DNA of 64,000 nucleotides from the human T2T-CHM13v2.0 reference genome, Homo sapiens: NCBI RefSeq assembly GCF_009914755.1, contig NC_060948.1. One strand, written 5' to 3'. The notes below the pieces were generated by a model. It was not told the origin of the DNA. It worked only from the letters and a program-made list of their open reading frames with translations, and did no database searches. Below are positions 1-15,402 of the stretch, piece by piece. The stretch's first letter is position 1, and each line of letters begins with the position of its first letter. Position numbers and translations under genes: made by a program.

Positions 1-230
1 CTTTGCCCATTTTTTGATGGGGTTGTTTGTTTTTTTCTTGTAAATTTGTTTGAGTTCTTTGTAGATTCTGGATATTAGTGCTTTGTCAGATGAGTAGATT
101 GCAAAAATTTTCTCCAATTCTGTAGGTTGCCTGTTCACTCTGATGGTAGTTTCTTTTGCTGTGCAGAAGCTCTTTAGTTTAATTAGATCCCACTTGTCAA
201 TTTTGGCTTTTGTTGTCGTTGCTTTTCTTC
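1..230 (-). mobile_element. L1PA ORF2 3' fragment
   Basis: Classic antisense L1 text (gtagattctggatattag...gtgcagaagctctttagtttaattagatccc). Confidence 0.9.
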
Positions 231-967
231 ACCTGCTACAGTTTTATGCTACATTAACAATTATTATTTAGACTTACCTAATTTTTAGTTTATATTATTT
301 ACCATCTTTTCTCTGTTAGTTATCTTCCTTATTTCTGTGTTCTTCATTTTGATTCATTGCTCAGCTCACTCAAGCACTTTGAGTAATTGTTTTTAGGAAA
401 GGTACATGGAGGCTATGCTTCGTGTTGCTTCATGTTGGAGTGTCTGTCTGTTGCTCCCGAGTGTGAACAGTACTTTTCCTGGATATGGATTTACTGAATC
501 ATAGTTATTTCCCTGCAAACTCTGCACATGACTGCTTGAAGCTGCATTTACATAGTACACTTTTTTTTAACAAAAAACTCTCAATTGTGTATTTACTTGG
601 TATAGTTTCAGGGGACACCAAAACAGATTAAGGGGCTAAAGCCACCCAAGCCACTTTTTTATGGCTTCATAATCTGTCAGACTTGGTTCTGTATGGTGAC
701 ATTGTCAAGTGAGTTCAGATTTATGACTTTTCCTTGATACCCAGAGATCCAGTAGACTGTGTGGGATCAGAGGTTCTTGTAGTAAGGGAATGGCAACTGG
801 AGGAGAGAATTCACCTCTTTTGGACAATTGATCCTCCATCTATATCAGCCTTAACTCTCCAAGCCTGGGTGGAGGTGGTGGGTCCAGGTGGAGAGGGGAA
901 GATTAGAAGGATTGGGGATTTCCTTTATCTCAGGGTAACCTAACGTCATTCATCAAAGGCCAATTTT

Positions 968-1790
968 GTTTTTTTTAACTTTCATTTTAGGTTTGGAGGT
1001 ACACGTGAGGTTTGTTACATAGGTAAACTTGTGTCAGGGAGGTTTTTTTTTTTTACATATTATTTCATCATCCAGTTATTAAGCTCAGTACCCAATTTCT
1101 TATCTTTTCTGATCCTCTCTCCTCCTACCCTCCCCACTTAAGAAGACTCCAGTGTCTATTTCCTTCTTTGTGTTCATAAGTCCTTATGATTTAGCTACCA
1201 CTGATAGGTGAGAACATTCAGTATTTGGTTTTCTGTTTCTGCACTAGGTTGCTAAGGATAAGAGCCTCCAGCTCCATCCATGTTCCCACAAAATACATGA
1301 TCTCATTCTTTTTTTATGGCTGCATAGTATTCCATGGTATATATGTACCACATTTTCTTTATCCAATCTATCATTAATGGGTACCTAGGTTGATTCCATG
1401 TCTTTGCTATTGTAAATAGTGCTGCAGTGAACATTCATATGCATGTATCTTTATAGTAGAATGATTCATATTCCTATGGGTATCTACTCAGTAATGGGAT
1501 TGCTCAGTCAAATAGTTCTGCTTTTAGCTCTTCAAGGTATTGCCATACTGCTTTTTACAGTGATTGAACTAATTTACACTCCCACCAACAAAGTATAAGT
1601 GTTCCCTTTTCTCTGCAACCTTGCCCGCATCTGTTATTTTTTGACGTTTTAGTAATAGCCATTCTGACTGGTGTGAAATGGTATCTCATTGTGGTTTTTA
1701 TTTGCATTTCTCTAATCTGTGATATTGAGCTTTTCTTCATATGCTTGTTGGCCACATGCATGTCTTCTTTTGAGAAATGTCTGTTCATGT
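968..1790 (-). mobile_element. L1P 3' end, 5'-truncated
   Basis: L1 3' UTR plus ORF2 C-terminal remnant (ORF 1555-1800, ...CWWECKLVQ). Confidence 0.9.
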
Positions 1791-2724
1791 CAAAGGCCAA
1801 TTGTCAGTGCCCCAGTTCTGCTCAGTATCTGCCCTCTTTGTTCTCCAGTCTTAGGCACAGGCTGTGAGCATTGTCTTAGGATTCATGGCTCTTGGGGTGG
1901 AATTTGAGTCCTGTGTTGGAGGCTTCAGTATGACAGAAACTTCCTGAAGACTTCTCCTACTGAAGCCTCCTGTGTTGGAGGCTTCTCCTCCTGAAGAGCC
2001 TCCAACACAGGAGGCTTCAGTAGGACAAAAAAAATTGTTCCTCATGAGCTACCTTGTCTCCAGCCATAAGGTAAAATGAGGCATTATTGGAGGCTCCATC
2101 AAAGAGGTTCTCCTTCCTTTGATTAATGGAAGGAGCCCAGTCTTTCGCATGTTTCTCCTTTGAAGTATATCTTACTAAAATGTCTTACCTCTGAAGTTCA
2201 TTTGCAACCTCATATGCGACTCTTGCTAATGTGTATCTGTTCACCAGGTGTCTAGTTTGAGGAGATGACAAGAGCATCATTTACTCCCTGTGCTCTTTCC
2301 TGAAACACCTTATTTTATTGCAGTGGAAACTGAGATCTGGCCAAAGTTTGATGATTTGCCCAGGCTGGCATTAAAATACAGTTCTCTTCTACCACCCTTT
2401 TCTGTCTTCATGCTATACTCCTTGAGATGATGACCGCAAGTTTAAGTTTAGTATTGCCATAAAGTTGGGGTTGGGGCTTTGCATGCAATGGAAATGTTAC
2501 TAAACATCCAAAGTTTACTGTCTTCTGGATAGCATAGTAAACAAGTAAAATACTCACGGAGCAGGAAGAATAAAATTTTAGCTATTAGTAAGAAGCATTT
2601 TGTTATACAACTTCTGAATAATTTTCTTTCAAAATTATATTTATAAGGCCCTTTGTTTTTTGGTTAAATTTACAATATATGTTAGAGGAAATCTGATTAA
2701 TTTTATTTTTACTTCTTTTTGCAG

Positions 2725-2775
2725 CAGCAAGATTAAGAAAATTGTGCATTCAATTGTATCATCCTTTGCATTTGA
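2725..2775 (+). pseudogene. TPTE2P4: TPTE2-like exon (SKIKKIVHSIVSSFAFE, start of S1)
   Basis: tttttgcag|CAGCAAGATTAAG...TTTGA|gtatgt; 51 nt. Confidence 0.9.
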
Positions 2776-2806
2776 GTATGTGAGACACAGAAAACACTAT
2801 ATATTA

Positions 2807-3118
<312 letters not shown>

Positions 3119-4213
3119 AGTCTTATATATATCTATACATACATATATATATGAGACTTAATACTTCAACGAGAAACACTGAAATAAAATAACAAAAAAG
3201 CGTTTCCACTGTCCATCAGTTGCTAAGTAGCCATGTGCCCCATCTAATGTAATCTAATTTATCATGGAATTGTGGTTTAAGCTGGACATTAAGAATTGCA
3301 AATAAATGGCTTTTGCCTAAGATTAATAGTAACATATTAATATTTTTCTTCCATCTGCAAAAGTAACATTAATGAAAATCAAATGTTAAAATTCTATAAT
3401 TATTAGTAAAGTGTTTTATTAAGTACCTTATACATCTGGAATTACTCCTTAATTCTGGAAATAATTTACGTAGACTCTTCTCTACATAAGATTAAGATTT
3501 CATACCATGATATAGATTTATGCAATATAATTGTTGCCTTTTGAATTAATAATATTTGAATTTGAGCTGCAAGTTTTTAAAAAAGTACTTCAAAGACTAA
3601 TTCACCTTCATAGATAAGGCAAATAGTCTAATCAATTTATGGAGAATGTATTTAGAATATGTAACAGCAAGTGGCAGGAGGTACTTTAGAGTTCAAGACT
3701 CATGTGCCCATCACTCTGCTAGAAGCACCCATAAATATGGAATCATGTACTTGTTGAAAATGTCACTGATGAAAAATCTTGGTCTTTTAAGAGCTTATGT
3801 TACTCATGCTTTCATTTGGTTTTTATTGATAAATTCTTTAGAATTATCCAGATTAATGAAGGTTTATTTTTTATGAGAAATTGATATAAACTTCTTATGA
3901 AATTCTCAAATTTTAAGAAGAGTTTGTAAACAGACACAGGTGATTTTAATTCAGTTTTACTTTTCTCTCTTGAGGTGTTGGTCTGATGTGTCTACTATAA
4001 AAGGCCATGATAATATCTTGTGAAGTGGTTTGGTGAGAATTTTGTTTATTAAGAACTGCTTGTTGGGTGAAAACAGTGATTTTTCTGAGATTCTAAGGCA
4101 TTACAGTTTTTCCTGCCACTTGGCAGCTTAATACTAAATAATAACATTTTGGTACCTGATCAGTGGCTTAAATACAGTATAGCTATAGGGACAAATGCCC
4201 CTTTATCTTTGCA

Positions 4214-4218
4214 TTCAT

Positions 4219-4257
<39 letters not shown>

Positions 4258-4260
4258 TTT
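4214..4260 (+). repeat. (ATTT)n microsatellite directly upstream of a splice acceptor
   Basis: About 11 ATTT units ending just before the TAG at 4261-4263. Confidence 0.95.
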
Positions 4261-4263
4261 TAG

Positions 4264-4425
4264 AATATTTGGAGTTTTCCTGGCCTTACTGGATGTCACT
4301 CCCCTCCTTGCCGACTTAATTTTCACTGACAGCAAACTTTATATTCCTTTGGAGTATCATTCTATTTCTCTAGCTATTGCCTTATTTTTTCTCATGGATG
4401 TTCTTCTTCGAGTATTTGTAGAAGG
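4264..4425 (+). pseudogene. TPTE2P4: TPTE2-like exon (S1-S2: [54 protein letters not shown])
   Basis: ttag|AATATTTGGA...GAAGG|gtaagt; 162 nt, open frame. Confidence 0.95.
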
Positions 4426-4472
4426 GTAAGTTTGATTATTTTTATAATGCATTAAGCTATTTTGTACTTTTA

Positions 4473-4763
<291 letters not shown>

Positions 4764-7101
4764 GCATTTTAAAATAACAGGAGCGTTCACTACAAACTGA
4801 CTTAAGAGCCTTTGGGCCTTATGAGAACATTGGTGGTAGTCTGGCAGTAGCCCCCCATGGCCTGTGTTTGAGTTGGCCATGGATTGATGCTCCTCTGCCT
4901 TTGGACAGTGGTGGAAAGAGTGGGAGGGACTGCATCTTGTGGTTTGAGCGACAGCCATAGCACAATAAAACACTAGGTAGACTTTTACACTTTTTGATCT
5001 AGCCCTGATTCCCAGACAGCACCTTTGGATCCACCTGGAGGCTAGGAGAACTTGCCATCCTGAAGGGAAGGACACAGACCTGGCTGTTTTTACCATGTGA
5101 TGACTGTAGAACCCCAGGGCCTTCAGCAAACTCCTGCAATAGCTAAGGAGTGGTTACAGCAGGTCTTGGGCAAGACCCCGTGCTGTGCTGGCCTCAGGTC
5201 TGACCCAATGCAGTCATAGTAGTGGTGGCCACAGAGGTGCTTATGTCACTCAACCCCAAGCTTTAGGTGCCTCAGAACAGAGAGACTCTGTTTGTTTGGG
5301 AGAAAGTAAGGGAAGAAAACAAGAGTCTCTTTTTGGTAATGCAGAGAATTATCCTGGATCTTGTCCACGACCATTAAGGCAGTACCACTATGAGTCTGCA
5401 AGAACCACAGAGTTTAGGAGGCTTGGGGTGCCCCCTAAAGCAGATAGAGATTAGATCACAATATCCAAGTTCTTTCAAATACCTGGAAAGCCTTCCCAAG
5501 AAAGATGGGTACAAATAAGCCCTGACAGTGAAAACTACAATAATACCTAACTCTTCAATGCCCAGACACCAAAGAACATCTGCTAGCATCAACACTATCC
5601 AGGAAAACATGACCTCACCAAATGAACTAAATAAGACAGCAGGGGCCAATCCTGTAGAAACAGAGATATGTGACCTTTCAGACAAAGAAATCAAAATAGC
5701 TGTGTTGAGGAAATTCAAGATAACACAGAGAAGGAATTCATAATTCTATTAGATAAGTTTAATAGAGATTTAATAGAGATTTAAAAGAGATTGACATAAT
5801 TTAAAAGAAGCAGAAATTCTGGAGCCAAAAAATGTAATTGGCGTGCCAAAGAATGCATTAGAGTCTTTTAATAGCAGAATTGATAAACCAGAAGAAAGAA
5901 TTAATGAGCTTGAAGACAGGCTATTTCAAAATACATAGTGGAGACAAAGGAAAGAATGAAAAACAATGATGCATGCCTACAGGATCTAGAAAATAGCCTC
6001 AAAAGGACAAATCTAAGTGGTATTGGCCTTAAAGAGGAGGTGGAGAGTGTAGAAAGTTTATTCAAAGGGATAGTAACAGAACGTCCCAAACCTACAGAAA
6101 GATATCAATATCCAAGTACAAGAAAGTTATAAAACACCGAGCAGATGTAACTCAAAGAAGACTACCTCAAGGAATTTAATAATCACAGTCCCAAAGATCA
6201 AGGACAAAGAAAGGATCTTAAAAGCATCAAGAGAAAAGAAACCAGTAATATACAATGGAGCTACAATATATCTGGAAGCAGACTCTTTAGTAGAAACGTT
6301 TCAGGCCAGGAGAGAGTGGCATGACATACTGAAATTGCTGAAGGAATAAAACATTTACCCTAGAACAGTGTATCCAGTGAAAATATCCTTCAAAGTGAAG
6401 GGGAAATAAAGACTTTTCCACACAAAAGCTGAGGGATTTTGTCAACACCAGTCCTGTCCTAGAAGAAATGCTAGAGGGAATATTTCAATCAGAAAGATAA
6501 GGACATTAATGAGCAATAAGTAACAACCTGAAGGTATAAAACTCACCAGTGATAGTAGGTATACAGAAAACTGCAGAATGTTATAACACTGTAACTATGA
6601 TGAATAAACTACTCTTATTCTAAGTAGAGAGACTAAACTATGAGCCAATCAAAAATATTAACTACAACTTTTCAAGACATAGATGGTATGATAAGATATA
6701 AATAGAAATAACAAAAAGTTAAAAAATAGGGAGACAAAGTTAAGTTGTAGAGTTTTTATTAGTTTTCTTTTTACTTGTTTATGAAAACTTATTATAAGAT
6801 TAAAATAATGGATTATAAGATAGTATTTACAAGCCTCATGGTAACCTCAAACCAAAAAACATAACAATGGATACACGAAAAATAAAAAACAGGAAACTAA
6901 GTCATATCACCAGAGAAAATTACCTTCACTAATGGAAGACAGGAAGGAAAGAAGGAAGAGAAGACCCCAAAACAACCAGAAAACAAATAACAAAATGGCA
7001 GGAGTAAGTCCTTACTTACCAATAATAACATTGAGTGTCAGTAGACTAAACTTTTCAATCAAAAGATAGAGTGGATGAATGGATGAAAGAACAAGACCCA
7101 T

Positions 7102-7835
<734 letters not shown>

Positions 7836-9845
7836 TCAACAAGATACTAGAAAACTGAATTCAACAATATATGGGAAAGATCATTCATCATAACAAGTGG
7901 GATGTGTCTCTGGGATGCAAGGATGGTTCAACATTTGCAAATCAATCAGTGCGATACATTATATCCACACAATAAAGGATAAAAAACATAAGATCATTTC
8001 AGTTGATGCTGAAAAAGCATTTGATAAAATTCAACATCCCTTCATGGTAAACACCCTAAAAAACTGGCTAAAGAAGTAACACACCTCAACATAATAAAAA
8101 CCATATATGACAGACCCACAGTCAATACCGTACTGAATGGTGAACAAATGAAAAGCTTTTCTCTGTGATCTAGGACACAATGAGGATTTCCACTTTTACC
8201 ACTGTTGTCCAACATAGTACCGGAAGTCCTAGATAGAGCCATTACAGAAGAGAAAGAAAGGGAATAAAAAAAGAAATCCAAATTGGGATGGAAGAAGTAA
8301 AATTATCCTTGTGTTTGCAGATGATACATTTTATTTGGAAAATACTAAAGACTCCACAAAATAAACTATTAGAATTGATAAGTTCAGTAAAGTTTCAGGA
8401 TACAAAATCAATATACAAAAATCAGTAGCATTTCTATGTGTCAACAGTGAACCATTTGGAAAGGACATTTAAAAAGTCCTGTATACAATAGCCACAAATA
8501 AAATTAAATACCTAGAAATTAACCTAACCAAAGAAGTGTAAGGTCTTTATAATGAAAATGATAAAACACTGATAAAAGAAATTGTAGAGGACACTAAAAA
8601 ATGGAAAGAGATTCCATGTTCATGGATTGGAAGAATCAATATTTTTAAAATGTCCATACTATCCAAAGCAATTTACAGATGCAATGCACTCCCTGTCAAA
8701 ATATGAATGACATTCTTCACAGAAATAGAAGAAGCAATCTTAAAATTTATATAGAGCCACAAAAGACCCAGGATAGCCAAAGCTATTCTAAGCAAAAAGA
8801 ACAAAGCTGGAGGAATCACTTTACCTGATTTCAAATTATACTACAGAACTATATAACCAAAACACCATGGCACTGGCATAAAAACACACACATAGACCAC
8901 TGGAACAGAATAGAGAACCCAGAAACAAATCCACACACACTTACAGTGAACTCATTTTTAATAAATGTGCCAAGAACATACATTTAACAAAAGACATCTC
9001 TTCAACAAATGGTTCTGGGAAAACTGGATATACATATACAGAAGAATGCACCTAGACCCCTACCTCTCACCATATACAAAAATCAAATCAACATGAATTA
9101 AAGACTTAAATCTAAGACCTCAATGAAACTGTTCTACTACAAGAGAACATTGGGAGGAATCTCCAGGACATTGGTCTGAGCAAAAATTATTTGGGCTATA
9201 CCTGACAAGCACAGGCAAGCAAAGCAAAAATGGGCAAATGGGATCACATCAAGTTAAAAAAACTGCTTCATAGCAGAGGAAACAATTAGCAAAGTGAAGA
9301 GACAGCCCACAGAATGGGAGAAAATATTTGCAAACTACCCATCTGAGAAGGGATTAAAAACCAGAATATGTAAGGAGCTCAAACAACTCTCTAGGAAAAA
9401 ATCTAATAATTAATTTTTTAAATGAGGATAAGATTTGAATAGGCATTTCTCAAAAGAAAACATACAGATGGTAAACAGGCATATCAAGAGATGCTTAACA
9501 TCATTGATCATTAGAGAAATTCTCAGTGTAGAAAACTACCATGAGATATCATCTCACCCCAGCTAAAATGGTTTATATCCAAAAGTCAGGCAATAACAAA
9601 TCCTGACAAAGATGTGAAGATAAGAGAACCCTCATACACTGTTCTTGGAAATGTAAATTAGTAGAACCAATTGGAGAACAGTTTGGAGGTTACTCAAAAA
9701 ACTAAAAATAGAACTACCATATGATCCAGCAATCCCACTGCTGGGTAGATACCCATAAAAAAGGAAATCAGTATATAGAAGAGATATCTGCATTCCCTGT
9801 TTGTTGCAGCACTGTTCATAATGGCTAAGATTTGGGAGCAACCTA

Positions 9846-10236
<391 letters not shown>

Positions 10237-10909
10237 AGAGATCTTGTCATTTGGAACAACATGGAACTGGAGATCACTATGTTTGTTAAGTGAAATAAAC
10301 CAGGCACAGAAGGATAAACATCACATGTTCTCACTTATTATGGGGCTCTAAAAAAAAAAAAACAATTGAACTCATAGACCTAGAGAGCAGACGGATGGTC
10401 ATCAGAGGCTGGGCATGGTAGTAGGGGCTTCGGGGTGGGGAGGTGGGGATGGTTAATGGGTACAAAAAAAATAGAATGAGTAACCCCTACTATTTGATAG
10501 CACAAGAGATTGACCATAGTCAACAATAACTTGATTGTATATTTTTAAATGACTGAAAGAGTGTAATTGGATTGTTTGTAACATGAATGATAAATGCTTG
10601 AGGGGATAGATAACCCATTGTCCACAATAAGGGTGATTATTATGCATTTAGTTATATCTGTTATTATGTTTGAATTGCCATGTTGGTATTTTAGTCACAT
10701 TTAAGTGTCAAATGATGAATATAATTTTATTGTTTGAAAATTTCCCATGAATGTTATATTTTTCCCTTAGTCTACTCTAAAAAATACATTTTAAATAATT
10801 CATGATAGAAGAATTCTTAATGGGGATGAGTCAATAGTTTGTGGTCTTTAAATATTCCTATCTCTTCTTGCAGGGGGGAATGAACTTTTTTTTTTGTTTT
10901 GTATTACAG

Positions 10910-11029
10910 GAGACAGCAGTATTTTTATGACTTATTTAACATTTTAGATACTGCCATTATTGTGATTCCTCTGCTGGTTGATGTCATTTACCTTTTTTTT
11001 GACATTAAGTTGCTTAGGAATATTCCCAG
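10910..11029 (+). pseudogene. TPTE2P4: TPTE2-like exon (S3: [40 protein letters not shown])
   Basis: ttacag|GAGACAG...CCCAG|gtatga; 120 nt, open frame. Confidence 0.95.
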
Positions 11030-11345
11030 GTATGAAACTTAAGACTTACCTCTCTTAAAGTTTTTCATTAATTTTAGCATTTTCTGTGGCTTTTATTCTA
11101 TATAATCTTTTCAACTTCAAATGTTCTCATTCTATACCAAATACATTGCTTTAAAATGAAATGTTTAGGTAAATTCCCACATACTTTGAAACTAAAAGAT
11201 TGTGATATTTAGGGACCAGTGAAGAGTATTCAGGCTAAGTACCATTAATGGAATAAGGAAGATGCAGTACCCAAAGAAGGACTTTTACTCTTATACTAAC
11301 TTTAACTTCTCTACATTTTGAAGTTCTCATCAAATTCCCATTTGT

Positions 11346-11410
11346 ATCATTTTTTGGCCTTTTGGCTAAGATCAAGTATAATATTCTTATCAGTTTAATA
11401 TCTGCTATAT
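11346..11410 (+). pseudogene. U2 snRNA pseudogene, 5' fragment only
   Basis: atcattttttGGCCTTTTGGCTAAGATCAAGTataatatTCTTATCAGTTTAATATCTGctat matches roughly the first 70 nt of U2 with CpG decay and a small deletion. Confidence 0.92.
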
Positions 11411-11914
11411 CAGAAAAATTTATATTGAAAACAATTCTCCTCTGTGCTTCAGCTACAAATCCCTTACACATAATGTTCTGTCTGGATTTTTCCTACAGCC
11501 AAGAGGGAATTTATTTGAGCATATGCAGAATTTGAGTGACTTCAATCATGAGTTTCTAAAAAATAGCAAACAGAACAGAAACTGGGAGATGACACATGTA
11601 GCAACACAATAGTAGAGTTTTGCAGTATAGTTGTGGTAGAAACAAAGAAAGCTTAGGCCAAGTTAGAACTGTTAGGGATTAAGAAACTAAAGAGTGTATG
11701 AGGCCCTGGTGACTCTTTTCCTTTTTTTACTGTGACAATGAGGAAAACGAAAGAGCAAATGTATACTGGGATGTAGATGGTGGCTTCCTAAGCTTGTTCA
11801 TGGGTCAAATAGCTGATTTCTTTTTGTACCCTAGCTTCCCTGGACTACAGCTCAGGCCCCAACTAAAAGCATGTTAAGTGATAGGCTTTTGGAGTTACTT
11901 GATAATAACCTCAT

Positions 11915-12100
11915 CCAATGTGGTCCTCTGACTAGAAACCTCAGCATCACTTGACAGCTTGCTAGAAATATAAGAAGAAAAATACCTTAGGCCCCACCCT
12001 GGACCCACTGAATCAGTATCTCCGGGACCCAGCAATCTGCAGCTTAACAAGCTTTTCCAGGTGGCTCTTATTGATTTGTGCCCAAATCAGAGAAACACTA
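11915..12100. mobile_element. MER5A-like hAT DNA transposon remnant
   Basis: ggccccaccctggacccactgaatcag...cccagcaatctg...ttaacaagc motif. Confidence 0.7.
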
Positions 12101-12354
12101 GTCCAGACCATCAGTTCTCTGCTTCGGTGGTTCTGATGGTAGGAGAGATACCAGCTAGCACACTTTGGAAGTATCTCAATCTGTTGCCTCCCTGATGTGC
12201 AGTAGCAGCTGTAGTGAACATCTGTTACTCATGGGAATAACAAAGATGAACAAGAATAATCGATTTGTTTTGATGTGGAAAAATTAAAAAGCTAGTCTTA
12301 AATCCCAAAATTAAATTTACAAATGCTAAGAGTCTATTGTATCACTATTTCTCT

Positions 12355-12615
12355 AGACAAGAATTTCTCAGCCTCAGCATTACTGACATTTTGGGCCAGA
12401 TCATTGCCATAAGAGGGTGGTGAGCAGTTATATTAATTGTAGGGTGTTTAGCAAAATTCCTGGCCTCTATTCACTAGTTGTAAGTAACACACAGACACGC
12501 ACACACACGCACGCCAGTTGTGAAAACCTAAATGACTCCAGACATTGCCAAATATCCCCCAGGTAGGTGATTGGGGAGAGGAGGGAAAATTGCCTCTGGT
12601 TAACAACTGCTGCTC
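12355..12615. mobile_element. MER20-like hAT DNA transposon
   Basis: ttctcagcctcagcattactgacattttgggccagat...ccagacattgccaaat...aactgctgctctag. Confidence 0.8.
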
Positions 12616-12682
12616 TAGATATAGTTTATATTGATAAAATTCGTTTCTGAAGCAAAAATTGATCTTTTAAATTTATCGTTAG

Positions 12683-12782
12683 ATGGACACATTTTGATCG
12701 ACTTCTACGACTTATTATTCTGGTAAGAATTTTTCATCTGTTTCATCAAAAAAGACAACTTGAAAAGCTGATAAGAAGGCTG
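12683..12782 (+). pseudogene. TPTE2P4: TPTE2-like exon (S4: [33 protein letters not shown])
   Basis: gttag|ATGGACA...AGGCTG|gtaagt; 100 nt. Confidence 0.95.
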
Positions 12783-12928
12783 GTAAGTGGGCAAAACATG
12801 CTTATGATTCAGAAAAATATTTTGTGTTTTGGAACCCATTGGCAAGGGTTGATATCTATACTGTGTAATGTTTTCTATTTTTATGTTGATGAATGTTTCA
12901 CAAACTAATGGTGATTTTAAACTCTCAG

Positions 12929-12992
12929 GTTTCAGAAAACAAAAGGCGATAAACAAGGGATGGATTTGACCTAGACCTCACTTACATTACAG
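12929..12992 (+). pseudogene. TPTE2P4: TPTE2-like exon (VSENKRR*TRDGFDLDLTYIT) with premature stop and lost donor
   Basis: ctcag|GTTTCAGAA; TAA at 12950-12952 replaces Tyr; the exon is followed by tt instead of gt. Confidence 0.95.
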
Positions 12993-13723
12993 TTTTGTGA
13001 CACTTAACTGTTGATTTACTTGTATTACTTCACTTTTTCTTGTAATTGTATTTTTTTTGCCTCATCTAAGACATATTCATTCAAAATTCTTTATTCATGA
13101 GGATATATGCTACTGTGATAATGTGACATATTTGTGGTTTAGCCCTGGCAATGGAAGATCTGCATGTCTTCTCAATTCAGGACTACTCATTTGCAGCATA
13201 GGAACTTGAATGGATTTTCAGCTGACTCCATTTGAGTTTCAATTTATTAACCTCTAGTAGTTATTTCTGAGTCCCAAGGATCCCACAGAGACCTCTTCTC
13301 ATCCTAGAACCCCAGAGAATGAGGTCGGTGCTTTGTAGATCTCAGGTTTTCTGAGTCAGAGGGCTGCAAAGCACTTTGGGAGTTCCCACCATCACTGGTG
13401 CCCAGAAATCTTGGATTTTCTCTGGTATTTAAGATAAGAAATAAATTCTAAGAATGGGGAACTTCAGACTGAGGCCATCATAAATACAAGGCATACAGTT
13501 AGAACCAGTGGAGACTTAAGAACTCCATGCCAGTTTAATGGTCATTGTGTTGGGTAATTTAATATGTTATTTGATTATCCTGAGTATTAGCTGTTTTCTG
13601 TCAACCTCAATCTTAAAAGGTTTTTTCCAGTGAAAATGGAGTCTGATAATGTATAAATTAATTTTTTGTATGTTATATGAAATCTATAACAATGTTTGTA
13701 ATAGTGATGATTTTGACTTTCAG

Positions 13724-13788
13724 AATGTATTATTGCTATGTCATTTCCATCTTTTGGAAGGCAGTCTTTCTATAGAAATCCAGTCGAG
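13724..13788 (+). pseudogene. TPTE2P4: TPTE2-like exon (ECIIAMSFPSFGRQSFYRNPVE)
   Basis: tttcag|AATGTATT...GTCGAG|gtaagg; 65 nt. Confidence 0.95.
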
Positions 13789-13924
13789 GTAAGGGTCTTT
13801 ATCTGACAAATACTCATTTCTTAGGGAATGTAGACTGTGTAGTCATAAGTTTAATATTGACCCAGATATGGCAGTATTCTTTTAAAAATGTACTCTTTCA
13901 AGTAAAAAAATCATAATGGATTGA

Positions 13925-14152
13925 TACCAGTTACAATTGTGCCAGTGGTTACAAACCACCCCAAAACTTACTGGCTTATAACAGCAACTATTTATTTGGC
14001 TCATGATACTGTGATTTGTGAATTTGGTATGGGCTTAACTGTCCAATTTGGGTGCTTGCAGAAAGGATTTCCTGCCTCAACTAAGCTCATTCATGTATCT
14101 GTGGGCAGCTACTGGGTCATCTGAGGACTGGCTAGTCTAAAATGACTTGGCT
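13925..14152 (-). mobile_element. MLT1-type MaLR LTR, first part (continues at ~17010-17280)
   Basis: acaaaccaccccaaaacttactggctt...tttatttggctcatgat signature. Confidence 0.65.
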
Positions 14153-14962
14153 ACCCTCAACTGACAGAGCCACTGCATGCTACATGCACCCCCCAAGGCC
14201 CAAGGCCCATCCCATCGGGCACCCACTGCTGCCAACAGTCCCACCCCCTTCACCAGCAGAGCTACCATATGCCGCATGCATTTCTAAGGCACTGAGGACT
14301 GGCCTGCCTGGTGCCCGCCCTGCTGTTGGCAATACCCCACAACTAGCAAAGCCACTGCAGCTAGCATGTGTATGCCTAAGGCCTGAGAACTAATCTGAAT
14401 GATAGCTCTCACACCAAGAAAAGCCATACCACTGTCTCCACAAACACTCACCATCAGGCCACTGAGGCACTCACAGACACCACTGAACGCTGATAACAGC
14501 CAAAAACGTCACCTGAAGACTGTATTACTGCACCCACCCAGAACCAAAGTCAAAGCACCCTACTCAGTGAACACTATAGGAGACAACTATTGGAAAAAGT
14601 ATTTCTCTATGAAAGTCCCTAACATTGGAAGAGGCAACTGTTCCCCCAGATGTACAAAAATCAGTTTAGGGCCACAAGAAACATGAAAAGCAAGGAAACA
14701 TTACACCTCCAAAGAAACACAATAATTCCCCATTAACAGACCCTAAATTTAAAGAGTATATCAAATGGCTAAGAAGGAATTCAAAATAATGATCTTAAGG
14801 AAACTATGAGATACAGAGAATACAGATAGACAAATCAATAAAATTAGAAAAACAATTTATGATCTTATGAGAAATTCAACAAGGATATATATGTCAATAA
14901 AAGCCAGACAGAGATTGTGGAGCTGAAGAATTTAAGTAATAAAATACAAATACAATCAAGAG

Positions 14963-15261
<299 letters not shown>

Positions 15262-15402
15262 TCAAGAGCTTTAAAAACAGACATGGGAGAGATATGGCCA
15301 AAATCTAGGAAGCTCAAAGGTTCTCAAATAGATTCAACCCAAAGAGGTCTTCTCTGAGGTGCATAGTAGTCAAAATGTCAAAAGTCAAAAAGAGGGAATA
15401 TT

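Noticed and set aside
5758-5790. 11-bp unit repeated three times (tttaatagaga)
   Set aside because: Small slippage event in dead L1 ORF1.
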